64,000 bases of DNA from NCBI GenBank assembly GCA_965178085.1, contig CBCXTS010000026.1, positions 90,205 to 154,204 on the forward strand, read 5' to 3'. The notes under the pieces are model-generated. The model saw nothing but the letters and a program-made list of their open reading frames with translations, was not told the DNA's origin and did no database searches. This document shows positions 1-9,084 of this stretch, piece by piece; positions within the stretch are counted from its first letter, which is position 1, and every line of letters begins with the position of its first letter. A program made the translations under genes and the position numbers. Source of the DNA: Alphaproteobacteria bacterium (GTDB lineage Bacteria > Pseudomonadota > Alphaproteobacteria > CBCXTS01).

Positions 1-1
1 A

Positions 2-520
2 ATCATGACAGGTACAGGCTATGTCACTGTTGGATATGATTTATGGGGGGTATTTGCAATTATTGTGTTTTTGTTTGTGATGTTTGTTGGTGGGTGTGCC
101 GGATCAACAACATGCGGGATCAAGATTTTTAGAATTCAGGTTTTATTTGCAATTGCAAAAAATCAAATGCATCGATTGATTTTGCCAAATGCAGTTTTAG
201 TGACCCATTATGCACAAAAACCCCTGCCTGAATCTGTAGGGGAGTCTGTGATGGGGTTTTTCTTTTTGTTTATTGCTACCTTTGTTGTATCTGCTTGTGC
301 ATTAGGGCTGACTGGTCTGGATTTTATAACGGCAGTGTCAGGGGCTGCAACCGCCATTGCCAATGTTGGACCAGGATTGGGTGAAACGATAGGCCCTAAT
401 AGCAATTTTGGCAATTTACCAACCAGTGCAAAATGGGTGTTGTCTGTCACGATGCTATTGGGAAGGTTAGAAATTTTTGCGGTTTTGGTATTGTTTTCAC
501 GCAAGTTTTGGATAAGGTAA
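2..520 (+). CDS. trkH: TrkH family potassium uptake membrane protein, 3' part (gene starts before the window)
   Basis: Pore-loop motifs TGTGY, GGCAGSTTCGIK, ANVGPGLG and MLLGRLE; frame is open from the window start. Confidence 0.9.
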   Translation: MMTGTGYVTVGYDLWGVFAIIVFLFVMFVGGCAGSTTCGIKIFRIQVLFAIAKNQMHRLILPNAVLVTHYAQKPLPESVGESVMGFFFLFIATFVVSACALGLTGLDFITAVSGAATAIANVGPGLGETIGPNSNFGNLPTSAKWVLSVTMLLGRLEIFAVLVLFSRKFWIR

Positions 521-525
521 GACAC

Positions 526-1725
526 TTGATCGAGCAGCAAAAACTCCGTCCTCAAATTGTAGAATTGCTAGAAAAACTCGTTAGTTTTGATAGTACTTCG
601 TCTTTATCTAACAAGGATTTGGCCATATGGATACAAGAATGGCTTAAGAGGTGGGATATCCAAGGTGATGTGATAGATGGCGGAACCCCTGGAAAGTTTA
701 ATGTTTTTGTGACAATGGGCACAAAAACAGGCAATGGCTCAAAAACAGGTCATGATCCAACACAAGGAGTGCTGCTGTCAGGGCATATGGATGTTGTGCC
801 TGTTAGAGGCCAGCAATGGACAAGCGATCCGTTTATGTTGGATTGTCGTGATGGGCGCTATTATGGGCGCGGCACAAGCGACATGAAGGCATTTATAGCC
901 CTAGCGCTTGATTTGGCAAGTAGGTTAGATCAAAAGACCATGCGCAAAAACCTTTATCTTGCGTTTACGTGCGATGAGGAAATCGGATGCAAAGGGGTAG
1001 GGCATTTGATTGAATGGGTCAAACCCAAATTGGCCCGTGATACGCCAATTATTGTTGGCGAGCCGACATCAATGCGCGTTATTTCAGGCCATAAAGGATT
1101 AAGAAGTTTTTGTGTGGAGGTTAGGGGTATTGGAGCCCACTCAAGTCAGACAGATAGGGGTGTTAATGCGATACAAATTAGTGCGCGCATTATTAATTTT
1201 ATAGAAAATTTGCACCTCAAACTTGCAAGCGGTGATGGGTATCAAGATTTTGATCCACCCCATACAACATTGCATGTTGGTACAATCCAAGGAGGCACAG
1301 CGCTCAATATTGTGCCTGAATTTTGTAGTTTTGTTTGGGAAATTCGAGATATTGACGATCAAGGTGATGCCCTTGAAAAGGAAGTATATGGCTTTATCGA
1401 GCATATCAACCAACAATTAAATAGCAGCGATGCAACTTGTAAAGCTAATGTGAGCATGACAAAAATAGACCATTGTCCAGCGTTGCAATATGAGCCAAAT
1501 TCAACCGCTGAAAGTTTGGTGCGTTTGCTCAATGGGGATAATGGCTTGCAGCGTGTGTCATATATGACAGAAGCAGGATATTATCAACAAGAAGGTTGGC
1601 CTACAGTCATATGTGGACCTGGCTCTATTGATCAGGCCCATAGACCCGATGAGTTTGTTAGCTTAGAGCAATTGATCAAGGGGCAGATATTTATGGACAA
1701 GCTAGAAAGCTGGTTGACTAGCTAA
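526..1725 (+). CDS. argE: Acetylornithine deacetylase (M20 metallopeptidase)
   Basis: SGHMDVVP, GRGTSDMK, DEEIGC, GEPT and AHRPDE motifs; start placed at TTG 526 after TAAGGT (the ORF-track start 433 overlaps trkH). Confidence 0.88.
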   Translation: MIEQQKLRPQIVELLEKLVSFDSTSSLSNKDLAIWIQEWLKRWDIQGDVIDGGTPGKFNVFVTMGTKTGNGSKTGHDPTQGVLLSGHMDVVPVRGQQWTSDPFMLDCRDGRYYGRGTSDMKAFIALALDLASRLDQKTMRKNLYLAFTCDEEIGCKGVGHLIEWVKPKLARDTPIIVGEPTSMRVISGHKGLRSFCVEVRGIGAHSSQTDRGVNAIQISARIINFIENLHLKLASGDGYQDFDPPHTTLHVGTIQGGTALNIVPEFCSFVWEIRDIDDQGDALEKEVYGFIEHINQQLNSSDATCKANVSMTKIDHCPALQYEPNSTAESLVRLLNGDNGLQRVSYMTEAGYYQQEGWPTVICGPGSIDQAHRPDEFVSLEQLIKGQIFMDKLESWLTS

Positions 1726-1790
1726 TGGGCGCTATTTGCTTTTGGGTATTAGGCATATAGTACTGCTTGTAGCTATCAATACAATCCTAG

Positions 1791-1867
1791 CGGAGTGTAG
1801 CTCAGCTTGGTAGAGCACTGCCTTCGGGAGGCAGGGGCCGCAGGTTCAAATCCTGCCACTCCGACCA
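1791..1867 (+). tRNA. tRNA-Pro (anticodon CGG), CCA encoded
   Basis: CGGAGTG/CACTCCG acceptor stem, D-arm AGCTCAGCTTGGTAGAGC, anticodon arm CTGCC-TTCGGGA-GGCAG, T-loop GGTTCAAATCC, 3' ACCA. Confidence 0.97.
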
Positions 1868-1949
1868 ATCAATAGGTTGGGCAATCAATGGGTTGGGCAA
1901 TAGGTTGGGCAATAGGTTGGGCAATAGGTTGGGCAATCAATGGGTTTGG
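1866..1949 (+). repeat. G-rich tandem repeat, six units of CAAT(CAAT)RGGTTGGG (12 or 16 bp), abutting the tRNA 3' end
   Basis: Units start at 1866, 1882, 1898, 1910, 1922 and 1934 (last one imperfect). Confidence 0.93.
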
Positions 1950-2046
1950 CTAACAAATATTGGCCTTTATAGGGGGCTTTAGAGAGCTTTTTGAGATGTT
2001 GGCAACTAGCAGGCAACTGACATCACCAATAACATAAGGAACTAGC

Positions 2047-3918
2047 ATGGAAAAAAACCGTCAAAAAGCCAAAAAACATTTTGAGCAAGGTATAATAAGC
2101 TTAAGGGGTGGCCATTATGAAAAAGCCATTGTTGATTATACAGAAGCTATTGAATGTGACCCTAAATATGTAGATGCATATTTTAATCGTGGCGTCACTA
2201 AAGATAAGTTAGACCGTTATGAGGAGGCTATTGTTGATTATACAAAGGTTATTGAATATAGCCCTCAAGATGCAGGGGCATATTGTAACCGTGGTCTTGC
2301 TCAAGATAAGTTAGGCCAGTATGAGGAGGCTATTGCTGATTATACAAAAGCTATTGAATATGACCCTAAATATGCAAAACTATATGTTAATCGTGGCATC
2401 GTTAAAGGTAAGTTAGGCCAGCATGAGGAGGCTATTGAGGATTTTACAAAAGCTATTGAATGTGACCTTAAATATGTAGTTGCATATTTTTACCGTGGCG
2501 TCGCTAAAGGTAAGTTAGGCCAGCATGAGGAGGCTATTGCTGATTATACAAAAGCTATTGAATGTGACGATAAATATGCAGATGCATATTTTAACCGTGG
2601 CGTTGCTAAAGGTAATTTAGGCCAGCATGATGAGGCTATTGCTGATTATACAAAAGCTATTAAATGTGCCCCTAAATATATAGATGCATATTTTAATCGT
2701 GGCGTTGCTAAAGTTGAGTTAGGCCAGCATGAGGAGGCTATTGAGGATTATACAAAGGTTATTGAATATAGCCCTCAAGATGCAGGGGCATATTGTAACC
2801 GTGGTCTTGTTCAAGATAAGTTAGGCCAGCATGAGGAGGCTATTGAAGATTTTACAAAAGCTATTGAATATGACCCTCAAGATGCAAAGGCATATGTTAA
2901 TCGTGGCATCGTTAAAGGTAAGTTAGGCCAGCATGAGGAGGCCATTGTTGATTATACAAAAGCTATTAAATGTGCCCCTAAATATGTAGATGCATATTTT
3001 AATCATGGCATCGCTAAATATAAGTTAGGCCAGCATGAGGAGGCTATTGCTGATTATACAAAAGCTATTAAATGTGACCTTGAATATATAGATGCATATT
3101 TTAACCGTGGCATGGTTAAAGGTGAGTTAGGCCGTGATGATGAGGCCATTGTTGATTTTACAAAAGCCATCAAAGACACGCTAGAAAAAAGCAATGATAA
3201 ATATCCAAATCTTGAGACCATTGCACATTATCGACGATGGAATTGGGATAGCGTCTCTGCCATCATTAATGGGCAAATATGGCTTGCTAATCCACGAGAT
3301 TTTAATGATCCACATGATGGTAAATTGCTTGAAAGAGTAGAAGACGTACCTTACTCCCTATCAGAGGTTGCAAAGCGTATGCGTATGGTAGCTTTTAGTG
3401 ACGAAAATCAAAAAAAAGATCAAGAAGCTCTTGGCCTCAATAGTGCAATGTGGGGCTATTATGGAGGCGTCCACAAAGGGTTGTGTCTTATCTACCGATC
3501 CATCAAAGGGCAACCCCCAAAAAAACCCGATCCATTGCCCTATAATCCATTGCCCTATAAATGGGCAAGGGTCAAATATTCTAACGTTTGGGATGCAACA
3601 CTCCAAGGATTAGAGTTTGATGATTTTATGTCATTGGCTTTTGCACAAAAGCGTGATGAATGGAGTTCAGAAAAAGAAATACGCGTTATATATCTAGAAA
3701 ATGATGAGGAGGCTAAAAAGTATGATAAAGGGCGCTTAATCGAGGAGGAGGCTCTTGGCATCAAGCTCGAGCGCGTTATTTTTGGTCAAGCAACAAACGA
3801 ACTTGACCAACAAACATTGCGTGACATTATCGCCAATAAGCGAAAGGATATCAAATTTCAAAAAGTAATATTTGACAACAATAAGATCCTTGGTCTTGAG
3901 CTTGAAGATATTGAATAA
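2047..3918 (+). CDS. Tetratricopeptide-repeat protein (11 TPRs) with C-terminal DUF2971-like domain
   Basis: 34-aa repeats AYFNRG..K..LGQHEEAI.DYTKAIE (aa 8-376); C-terminal motifs HYR, P.DFNDP, MWGYYG...KGLCL, VKY and K..EW..EKE.R typical of DUF2971; SD AAGGA upstream. Confidence 0.8.
   Translation: MEKNRQKAKKHFEQGIISLRGGHYEKAIVDYTEAIECDPKYVDAYFNRGVTKDKLDRYEEAIVDYTKVIEYSPQDAGAYCNRGLAQDKLGQYEEAIADYTKAIEYDPKYAKLYVNRGIVKGKLGQHEEAIEDFTKAIECDLKYVVAYFYRGVAKGKLGQHEEAIADYTKAIECDDKYADAYFNRGVAKGNLGQHDEAIADYTKAIKCAPKYIDAYFNRGVAKVELGQHEEAIEDYTKVIEYSPQDAGAYCNRGLVQDKLGQHEEAIEDFTKAIEYDPQDAKAYVNRGIVKGKLGQHEEAIVDYTKAIKCAPKYVDAYFNHGIAKYKLGQHEEAIADYTKAIKCDLEYIDAYFNRGMVKGELGRDDEAIVDFTKAIKDTLEKSNDKYPNLETIAHYRRWNWDSVSAIINGQIWLANPRDFNDPHDGKLLERVEDVPYSLSEVAKRMRMVAFSDENQKKDQEALGLNSAMWGYYGGVHKGLCLIYRSIKGQPPKKPDPLPYNPLPYKWARVKYSNVWDATLQGLEFDDFMSLAFAQKRDEWSSEKEIRVIYLENDEEAKKYDKGRLIEEEALGIKLERVIFGQATNELDQQTLRDIIANKRKDIKFQKVIFDNNKILGLELEDIE
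2068..3174 (+). repeat. 102-bp tandem coding repeat (TPR array) with near-identical DNA blocks
   Basis: Recurrent AAGTTAGGCCAGCATGAGGAGGCTATTG; 2236-2319 vs 2746-2829 differ at one base. Confidence 0.92.
3530..3559 (+). repeat. 15-bp perfect in-frame tandem duplication ATCCATTGCCCTATA (protein PLPYNPLPY)
   Basis: Read directly. Confidence 0.9.
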
Positions 3919-4251
3919 TGTGTCAATTTTTTGAAAATGGAGAGCAGAAAACCCATCAAATTGACAAAGTGATGGTGGTAAATAGCTGGTTTTTTTAATA
4001 TCGTTGGGATAAGCTATTGCATGATATCAAAATATACAAATATTTTGTACAATCTGGCATTGGTATCATCTTAACATGGTTGATGATCATGTATTTGGTA
4101 GCAAAATGATCATAAAAAGATTATTTTTGATTAGCGAGTTGATTTCATCACAATGATGGGGTATGTATCACGACATTAAGATAAAAATCTTAAAGCTATG
4201 ATCGCTAGAGCAGGTCAGCAATGACAATCATCAAGGATCATAGTTAGATAT

Positions 4252-4388
4252 ATCTTGTTTAGGCTGGGTTATGTGCTGGCGGGTCAAGACCCGTTATATT
4301 TAAAGACAATCAAACCCAAAGGGTATGCCTAACAAGATTATAGAAAATGCGGAAGAGATCAACCGCATCGAACGACAAGGAGAATGAA
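4252..4388 (+). promoter_or_regulatory. Candidate structured 5' leader of rpmI-rplT (possible L20 autoregulatory leader)
   Basis: Pairings ATCTTGTT/AACAAGAT, AGGC/GCCT and TGGGTT/AACCCA; inner hairpin GGCGGGT-CAAG-ACCCGTT; hairpin ATGCGG/CCGCAT just before SD AAGGAG. Confidence 0.55.
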
Positions 4389-4580
4389 ATGCCCAAAATG
4401 AAAACAAAAAGCTCTGCCAAAAAGCGCTTTAAATTAACTGCAAACGGTAAAGTAAAGCATTATGGTGCGGGTTTGCGCCATAACACATCTAAAAGACCAC
4501 AGCAGATGAAGCGCCAAAATCGTGGTGTGCACATTATGGCAGATTGCGATGCTAAAGTCGTACGTCGGCATTTTCTCTAA
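4389..4580 (+). CDS. rpmI: 50S ribosomal protein L35
   Basis: [15 protein letters not shown]; start 4389 after SD AAGGAG. Confidence 0.97.
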   Translation: MPKMKTKSSAKKRFKLTANGKVKHYGAGLRHNTSKRPQQMKRQNRGVHIMADCDAKVVRRHFL

Positions 4581-4609
4581 ACATCATATCAATATATTGG
4601 AGATAAAAC

Positions 4610-4984
4610 ATGGCTAGAGTAAAACGCGGCGTCACATCACATGCACGACATAAAAAAGTTTTAAAAGCTGCTAAAGGCTATAGAGGCAGGCGTAAAAATA
4701 CCATCAAGGTAGCTCGTCAAGCAGTTGAAAAAGCAAGGCAATATGCTTATCGAGATCGTCGCAATCGTAAAAGAGATTTTCGTGGTTTGTGGATACAGCG
4801 TATCAATGCTGCAGCGCGCTTATATGGGATGACCTATTCACGCTTTATGGAAGGTATCCATAAAGCAGGGATTGAGGTTGATCGTAAAGTACTTGCCGAT
4901 ATCGCAGTCCATGACAGTGAGGCATTTGGTAAGCTTGTAGAGCAAGCCAAAAATTTTGCAACCATCCAACAACCAGCCCAATAA
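4610..4984 (+). CDS. rplT: 50S ribosomal protein L20
   Basis: MARVKRGV...YAYRDRR.RKRDFR.LWI.RINAAAR. Confidence 0.98.
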   Translation: MARVKRGVTSHARHKKVLKAAKGYRGRRKNTIKVARQAVEKARQYAYRDRRNRKRDFRGLWIQRINAAARLYGMTYSRFMEGIHKAGIEVDRKVLADIAVHDSEAFGKLVEQAKNFATIQQPAQ

Positions 4985-5045
4985 CGTAATAGCCTCAAGA
5001 GCTTAAGCGATATTGCAAGAGCTATCCTTGTCAAGGAAAGTCTTT

Positions 5046-5077
5046 TAATATTTGAGTCAAGTAATATTTGAGTCAAG
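5046..5077 (+). repeat. 16-bp perfect tandem duplication TAATATTTGAGTCAAG x2
   Basis: Read directly in the rplT-pheS intergenic region. Confidence 0.9.
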
Positions 5078-5312
5078 GCTTGGTTTTGCTGTTGGCAGGC
5101 GTTGCAAAATGTTTGGCTTATCTGTTTGGGCTTGTCTGTTTGGTTTTTGGGTTTTTTAGAGTTAGTTTTAAAACTGCTTGATTGTTCAAGTTGCTTGGCA
5201 TATTTTGTTTTTGCAAATAAATGAACGGGTTGAGGCAATTGGCAACAGAGTTGTTTTATATCATTGAGGCATTATCCAATCAAACCACTGTTATATACAT
5301 GGATTTTAGGTC

Positions 5313-6425
5313 ATGAAGTTGAATGACATCACAAAGCTTGAACAAACCCTGATTGCAAAGCTGGAAGCAGCTAGCACCATGCAAGAAGTTGAAGATGTAC
5401 GCATTGATGCTCTTGGAAAAAACGGCGATTTAACCAAAGCTTTAAAATCTTTAAGTAGTTTAACCGATCAAGAGCGTCGCCAATCAGGCCAGGCACTTAA
5501 TCGTTTACGCGATGTATTGAACAAGCAGTTGGCTCAAAAAAAGGAAATGTTTGGCGATCAAGAACTCAACTTGAAATTGCAAAAAGAAAAGCTTGATCTT
5601 AGCTTGCCTGTTTATCCTAGAAAGCCAGGGCTTTTACATCCTATCCATCAAACCATTAATGAAGCGATTGCAATTTTTGGCTCAATGGGATTTTTTTGTC
5701 AAGAAGGGCCTGATATTGAAGATGATTTTCATAATTTTACGGCGTTGAACTTTCCTGCTGGCCATCCTGCGCGATTGATGCATGATACGTTTTTTATGAA
5801 CTCCAAAAACACCCAAGATGATACCTTGCAAGAAACATTTGTACTGCGCACGCATACTAGCCCGGTACAAATACGCACAATGCTTGCTCAACAACCTCCA
5901 ATTAGGGTTTTAGCCCCAGGCAGGGCCTATCGTTGCGATAGTGATATGACGCATACGCCGATGTTCCATCAAATTGAAGGATTGGTTATTGATAGTGTCG
6001 ATGCAAGCAATGGAGGGGTGCATTTTGGACATCTTAAAGGTTGTTTGTCTGACTTTTGTTCGGCTTTTTTTGGTATTGAAGATGTGCCACTTCGCTTTAG
6101 GCCAAGTTATTTTCCATTTACGGAGCCATCTGTTGAAATTGACATAGGATGCACGCGCAAAGCTGGCCAGATACAAATTGGCCAAGGTGATGATTGGCTA
6201 GAAATTTTAGGAGGTGGTATGGTCCATCCAAACGTTCTAGAGCATTGTGGTTTGGACCCTCAAAAATATCAAGGCTTTGCTTTTGGCGTTGGGGTTGAGC
6301 GCATTGCCATGTTAAAATATGGTATGGCAGATTTACGCCAGTTTTTTGATTGCGATGTGCGCTGGCTTAAGCATTATGGATTTGATCATTTAACAATGGC
6401 GTCATTACTCCATAGTTTAAGTTAA
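5313..6425 (+). CDS. pheS: Phenylalanine--tRNA ligase alpha subunit
   Basis: HPAR.MHDTF, LRTHTSPVQ, HTPMFHQIEGL, FRPSYFPFTEPS, GFAFG.GVER. Confidence 0.98.
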   Translation: MKLNDITKLEQTLIAKLEAASTMQEVEDVRIDALGKNGDLTKALKSLSSLTDQERRQSGQALNRLRDVLNKQLAQKKEMFGDQELNLKLQKEKLDLSLPVYPRKPGLLHPIHQTINEAIAIFGSMGFFCQEGPDIEDDFHNFTALNFPAGHPARLMHDTFFMNSKNTQDDTLQETFVLRTHTSPVQIRTMLAQQPPIRVLAPGRAYRCDSDMTHTPMFHQIEGLVIDSVDASNGGVHFGHLKGCLSDFCSAFFGIEDVPLRFRPSYFPFTEPSVEIDIGCTRKAGQIQIGQGDDWLEILGGGMVHPNVLEHCGLDPQKYQGFAFGVGVERIAMLKYGMADLRQFFDCDVRWLKHYGFDHLTMASLLHSLS

Positions 6426-6439
6426 GTAGGAGCAAGACA

Positions 6440-8875
6440 ATGAAATTTACATTTTCTTGGTTAAAAGATCATCTTGACACGGATGCCGATTGCAACACAA
6501 TTTGTGAGCATCTAACCTCCATTGGATTAGAGGTAGAGCAAGTCATTGATGATGGGAAAAAATATGCATCTTTTGTGACTGCAAAAATAATTGATGCCAA
6601 GCGCCATCCAAACGCTGATCGATTGTCTCTATGCCAAGTTGATATTGGAGCAGGTCAACCAGTCCAGGTTGTATGTGGTGCTCCAAACGTAAAAAAAGCA
6701 ATGATTGGCGTATTTGCACCACCAGGGACGCAAATCCCTAATAGCGGTTTGGTATTAAAAGCTGGCGTCATAAGAGGTGAAGAATCCAACGGTATGCTCT
6801 GCTCAGAAAGTGAGCTTGAATTGTCGCAAGAACATGATGGCATTATTGAGTTGGCAGGCGACACCCCCATTGGCAAGCCCTATGCACAATGGGCTGGGAT
6901 TGATGAGCAAGTTATTGAAATTGCTATAACACCCAATCGTGGTGATTGTTTAGGCGTGCGTGGTATTGCCCGCGATCTTGCAGCAACTGGTATAGGCACA
7001 TTAAAGCCCTTAGAATATCAAGAAATAAAAGGCAGTTTTGCCTCAGGGTTCAAATGGGATATTGCAAGTGCTGCCATTGATAAATGCACGATTGTAACAG
7101 GAAGACACTTGAAAGTCCAAACCAATGGAGCATCTCCATTTTGGATGCAAAAACGCTTAAAAAGTATTGGCTTGCGGCCAATTTCAGCCCTTGTAGATGT
7201 GACCAATTATATTGTCTATGATCTAGGTCGCCCTTTGCATGTGTATGATGGTGATATGATCAAGAGTAATTGCTTGAGGATGGATATTGCAGATGGTGGT
7301 GAGCATGTTGAGGCACTTGATGGAAATATTTATGAAATGCCCAAAGGCAGTGTCATTATTAAAGATGGGGTCCAAGGTGCTAACGTCGAGGGTACTAAAG
7401 AGCAGAGGGCTAACAACATCCTTGGTATTGGCGCGATTATGGGTGGCAAGGCTAGTGGGTGCACTGATACAACGCGCAATGTTTTTTTAGAAGCGGCGCA
7501 TTTTGATGCAATGGATGTTGCAAAAACAGGGCGCAAACTTGGCATTTTATCCGATGCTAGATTTAGGTTTGAAAGAGGTGTAGACCCACAATCATGCATT
7601 GAAGGCAATCACTATGCAACAAAAATGATTTTGGATATTTGTGCTGGAGAAGCCTCACAAATGGTAATGGCAGGAAAAGTTTTGTTGCAAAATAAACCCA
7701 TTACATTGGCGTTCAAAAAAATTAAAGCATTTGCCGGTATTGATATTAGTTGGCAAGAAGCCGCTCAAATTTTGAAAAAACTCGATTTTGATGTCCACGA
7801 AGCTAACGCAGAAAACATTATTGCCACTGCGGCGTCTTTTCGCAACGATATTACCCATGATGTATGCCTGATCGAAGAGATTGTAAGGATTTATGGCTAT
7901 AGCAAAGTACAAGCTGTTAGTGTGGTCAATAACAACCCATTACCTAAGCCAGCCATGGATGGGCAAAAGCAAAGGCTTGATTTGTTGCGTCGATCCTTAG
8001 CATCACAAGGCTTGATGGAATGTGTCACATGGTCTTTTTGTAGCCTAGAAGAGGCCAAAGCCTTTGGTGGAGGGCAAGAGGATCTGCATCTTGCCAATCC
8101 TATTAGTCAAGAATTGTCGCTTATGCGGCCAAACCTTTTGATTAATTTGCTTGGAGCAATGCGACGCAATCAAACGCGTAAGCTTGATAATGATGGTCTG
8201 TTTGAATTGGGGCCAGTATTTCAAAAAGGGGAGCCATTTGGCCAGCAATCACAAAGCGCTGGAGTGCGCTGGATAAGAGGAGCAAACTCGTGGGTTGCTA
8301 GGGATGTGGTTGATGTCTTTAGCATGAAGGGTGATCTTTTATCTGTGTTGGAGGGGCTTGATGTACCTGTTGGAAAGCTCAATTATAAAGAGCAAGGGCC
8401 AAGCTGGTATCATCCTGGGCGATCGACTAGTTTGTGTATAGGCAAGACTGCGATTGCACATGTAGGACAGATCCATCCTAAAATATGCACTCTTTTTGAT
8501 ATCAAGGATCCAATAGCAGGTTTTGAAATTTTATTTGATGCGCTGCCAAAGCCGCGTATTGGAAAGCAAACAGCACGTAAAATGCTAAAGCTTGAATCGC
8601 TACAAGCAATCACGCGTGACTTTTCATTTTGGATAGATGCATCGCTACCAGCAGAAAAGCTTGTCAGAGCGGTTTTGGGTGCTGATACAAATTTGATCAA
8701 GGATGTGGTTGTGTTTGATGTGTTTGAATCAACAAAAGATGTGCGTAAATCCATTGCGTTGCGTGTTACGTTGCAACCGATAGAAAAAAGTTTTTCAGAA
8801 CAAGATTTGGTAACGATTTCACAAAAAATTATTGAGCGCGCACAAAATATGCTCAATGCTGAGCTAAGAAATTAG
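6440..8875 (+). CDS. pheT: Phenylalanine--tRNA ligase beta subunit
   Basis: HPNADRL, VVCGAPN, ITPNRGDCL, RFERGVD and C-terminal anticodon-binding domain; follows pheS. Confidence 0.97.
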   Translation: MKFTFSWLKDHLDTDADCNTICEHLTSIGLEVEQVIDDGKKYASFVTAKIIDAKRHPNADRLSLCQVDIGAGQPVQVVCGAPNVKKAMIGVFAPPGTQIPNSGLVLKAGVIRGEESNGMLCSESELELSQEHDGIIELAGDTPIGKPYAQWAGIDEQVIEIAITPNRGDCLGVRGIARDLAATGIGTLKPLEYQEIKGSFASGFKWDIASAAIDKCTIVTGRHLKVQTNGASPFWMQKRLKSIGLRPISALVDVTNYIVYDLGRPLHVYDGDMIKSNCLRMDIADGGEHVEALDGNIYEMPKGSVIIKDGVQGANVEGTKEQRANNILGIGAIMGGKASGCTDTTRNVFLEAAHFDAMDVAKTGRKLGILSDARFRFERGVDPQSCIEGNHYATKMILDICAGEASQMVMAGKVLLQNKPITLAFKKIKAFAGIDISWQEAAQILKKLDFDVHEANAENIIATAASFRNDITHDVCLIEEIVRIYGYSKVQAVSVVNNNPLPKPAMDGQKQRLDLLRRSLASQGLMECVTWSFCSLEEAKAFGGGQEDLHLANPISQELSLMRPNLLINLLGAMRRNQTRKLDNDGLFELGPVFQKGEPFGQQSQSAGVRWIRGANSWVARDVVDVFSMKGDLLSVLEGLDVPVGKLNYKEQGPSWYHPGRSTSLCIGKTAIAHVGQIHPKICTLFDIKDPIAGFEILFDALPKPRIGKQTARKMLKLESLQAITRDFSFWIDASLPAEKLVRAVLGADTNLIKDVVVFDVFESTKDVRKSIALRVTLQPIEKSFSEQDLVTISQKIIERAQNMLNAELRN

Positions 8876-8907
8876 GATTTGCGTAACTAGCCATTGTTGA
8901 TCATTTG

Positions 8908-8943
8908 CCAAGTGACCCAAGTGACCCAAGTGACCCAAGTGAC
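8908..8943 (+). repeat. 9-bp tandem repeat CCAAGTGAC x4
   Basis: Read directly downstream of pheT. Confidence 0.92.
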
Positions 8944-9084
8944 CAAATACCCAAGGCGTTGAGCCAATGCTTGCTTGAATCAAAGCTGTTGGTGGTGCTT
9001 TGATTGGCATCAATATGTACAGATATATCTCTATATTGGCGATAAATATTTTACTTTAGCGATAGTTTTGCTTTAAAAAGGGTT

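Noticed and set aside
1866-1949. CRISPR array
   Set aside because: Units are contiguous 12/16-bp tandem copies with no unique spacers, and no cas genes are in the window.
2068-3174. Diversity-generating retroelement acting on the TPR gene
   Set aside because: No reverse transcriptase or separate template repeat in the window; differences between units are not restricted to adenines.
1791-4250. Integrative element or prophage at tRNA-Pro
   Set aside because: No integrase, no phage genes and no duplicated tRNA 3' end (attR) seen downstream.
4347-4388. N-terminal extension of L35 given by the ORF track
   Set aside because: SD AAGGAG and the canonical MPKMKT start point to 4389; the upstream ATG lies in a hairpin stem.
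4834-5238. 134-aa antisense ORF
   Set aside because: Overlaps rplT on the opposite strand; K/Q/N richness reflects the T/G-skewed spacer.
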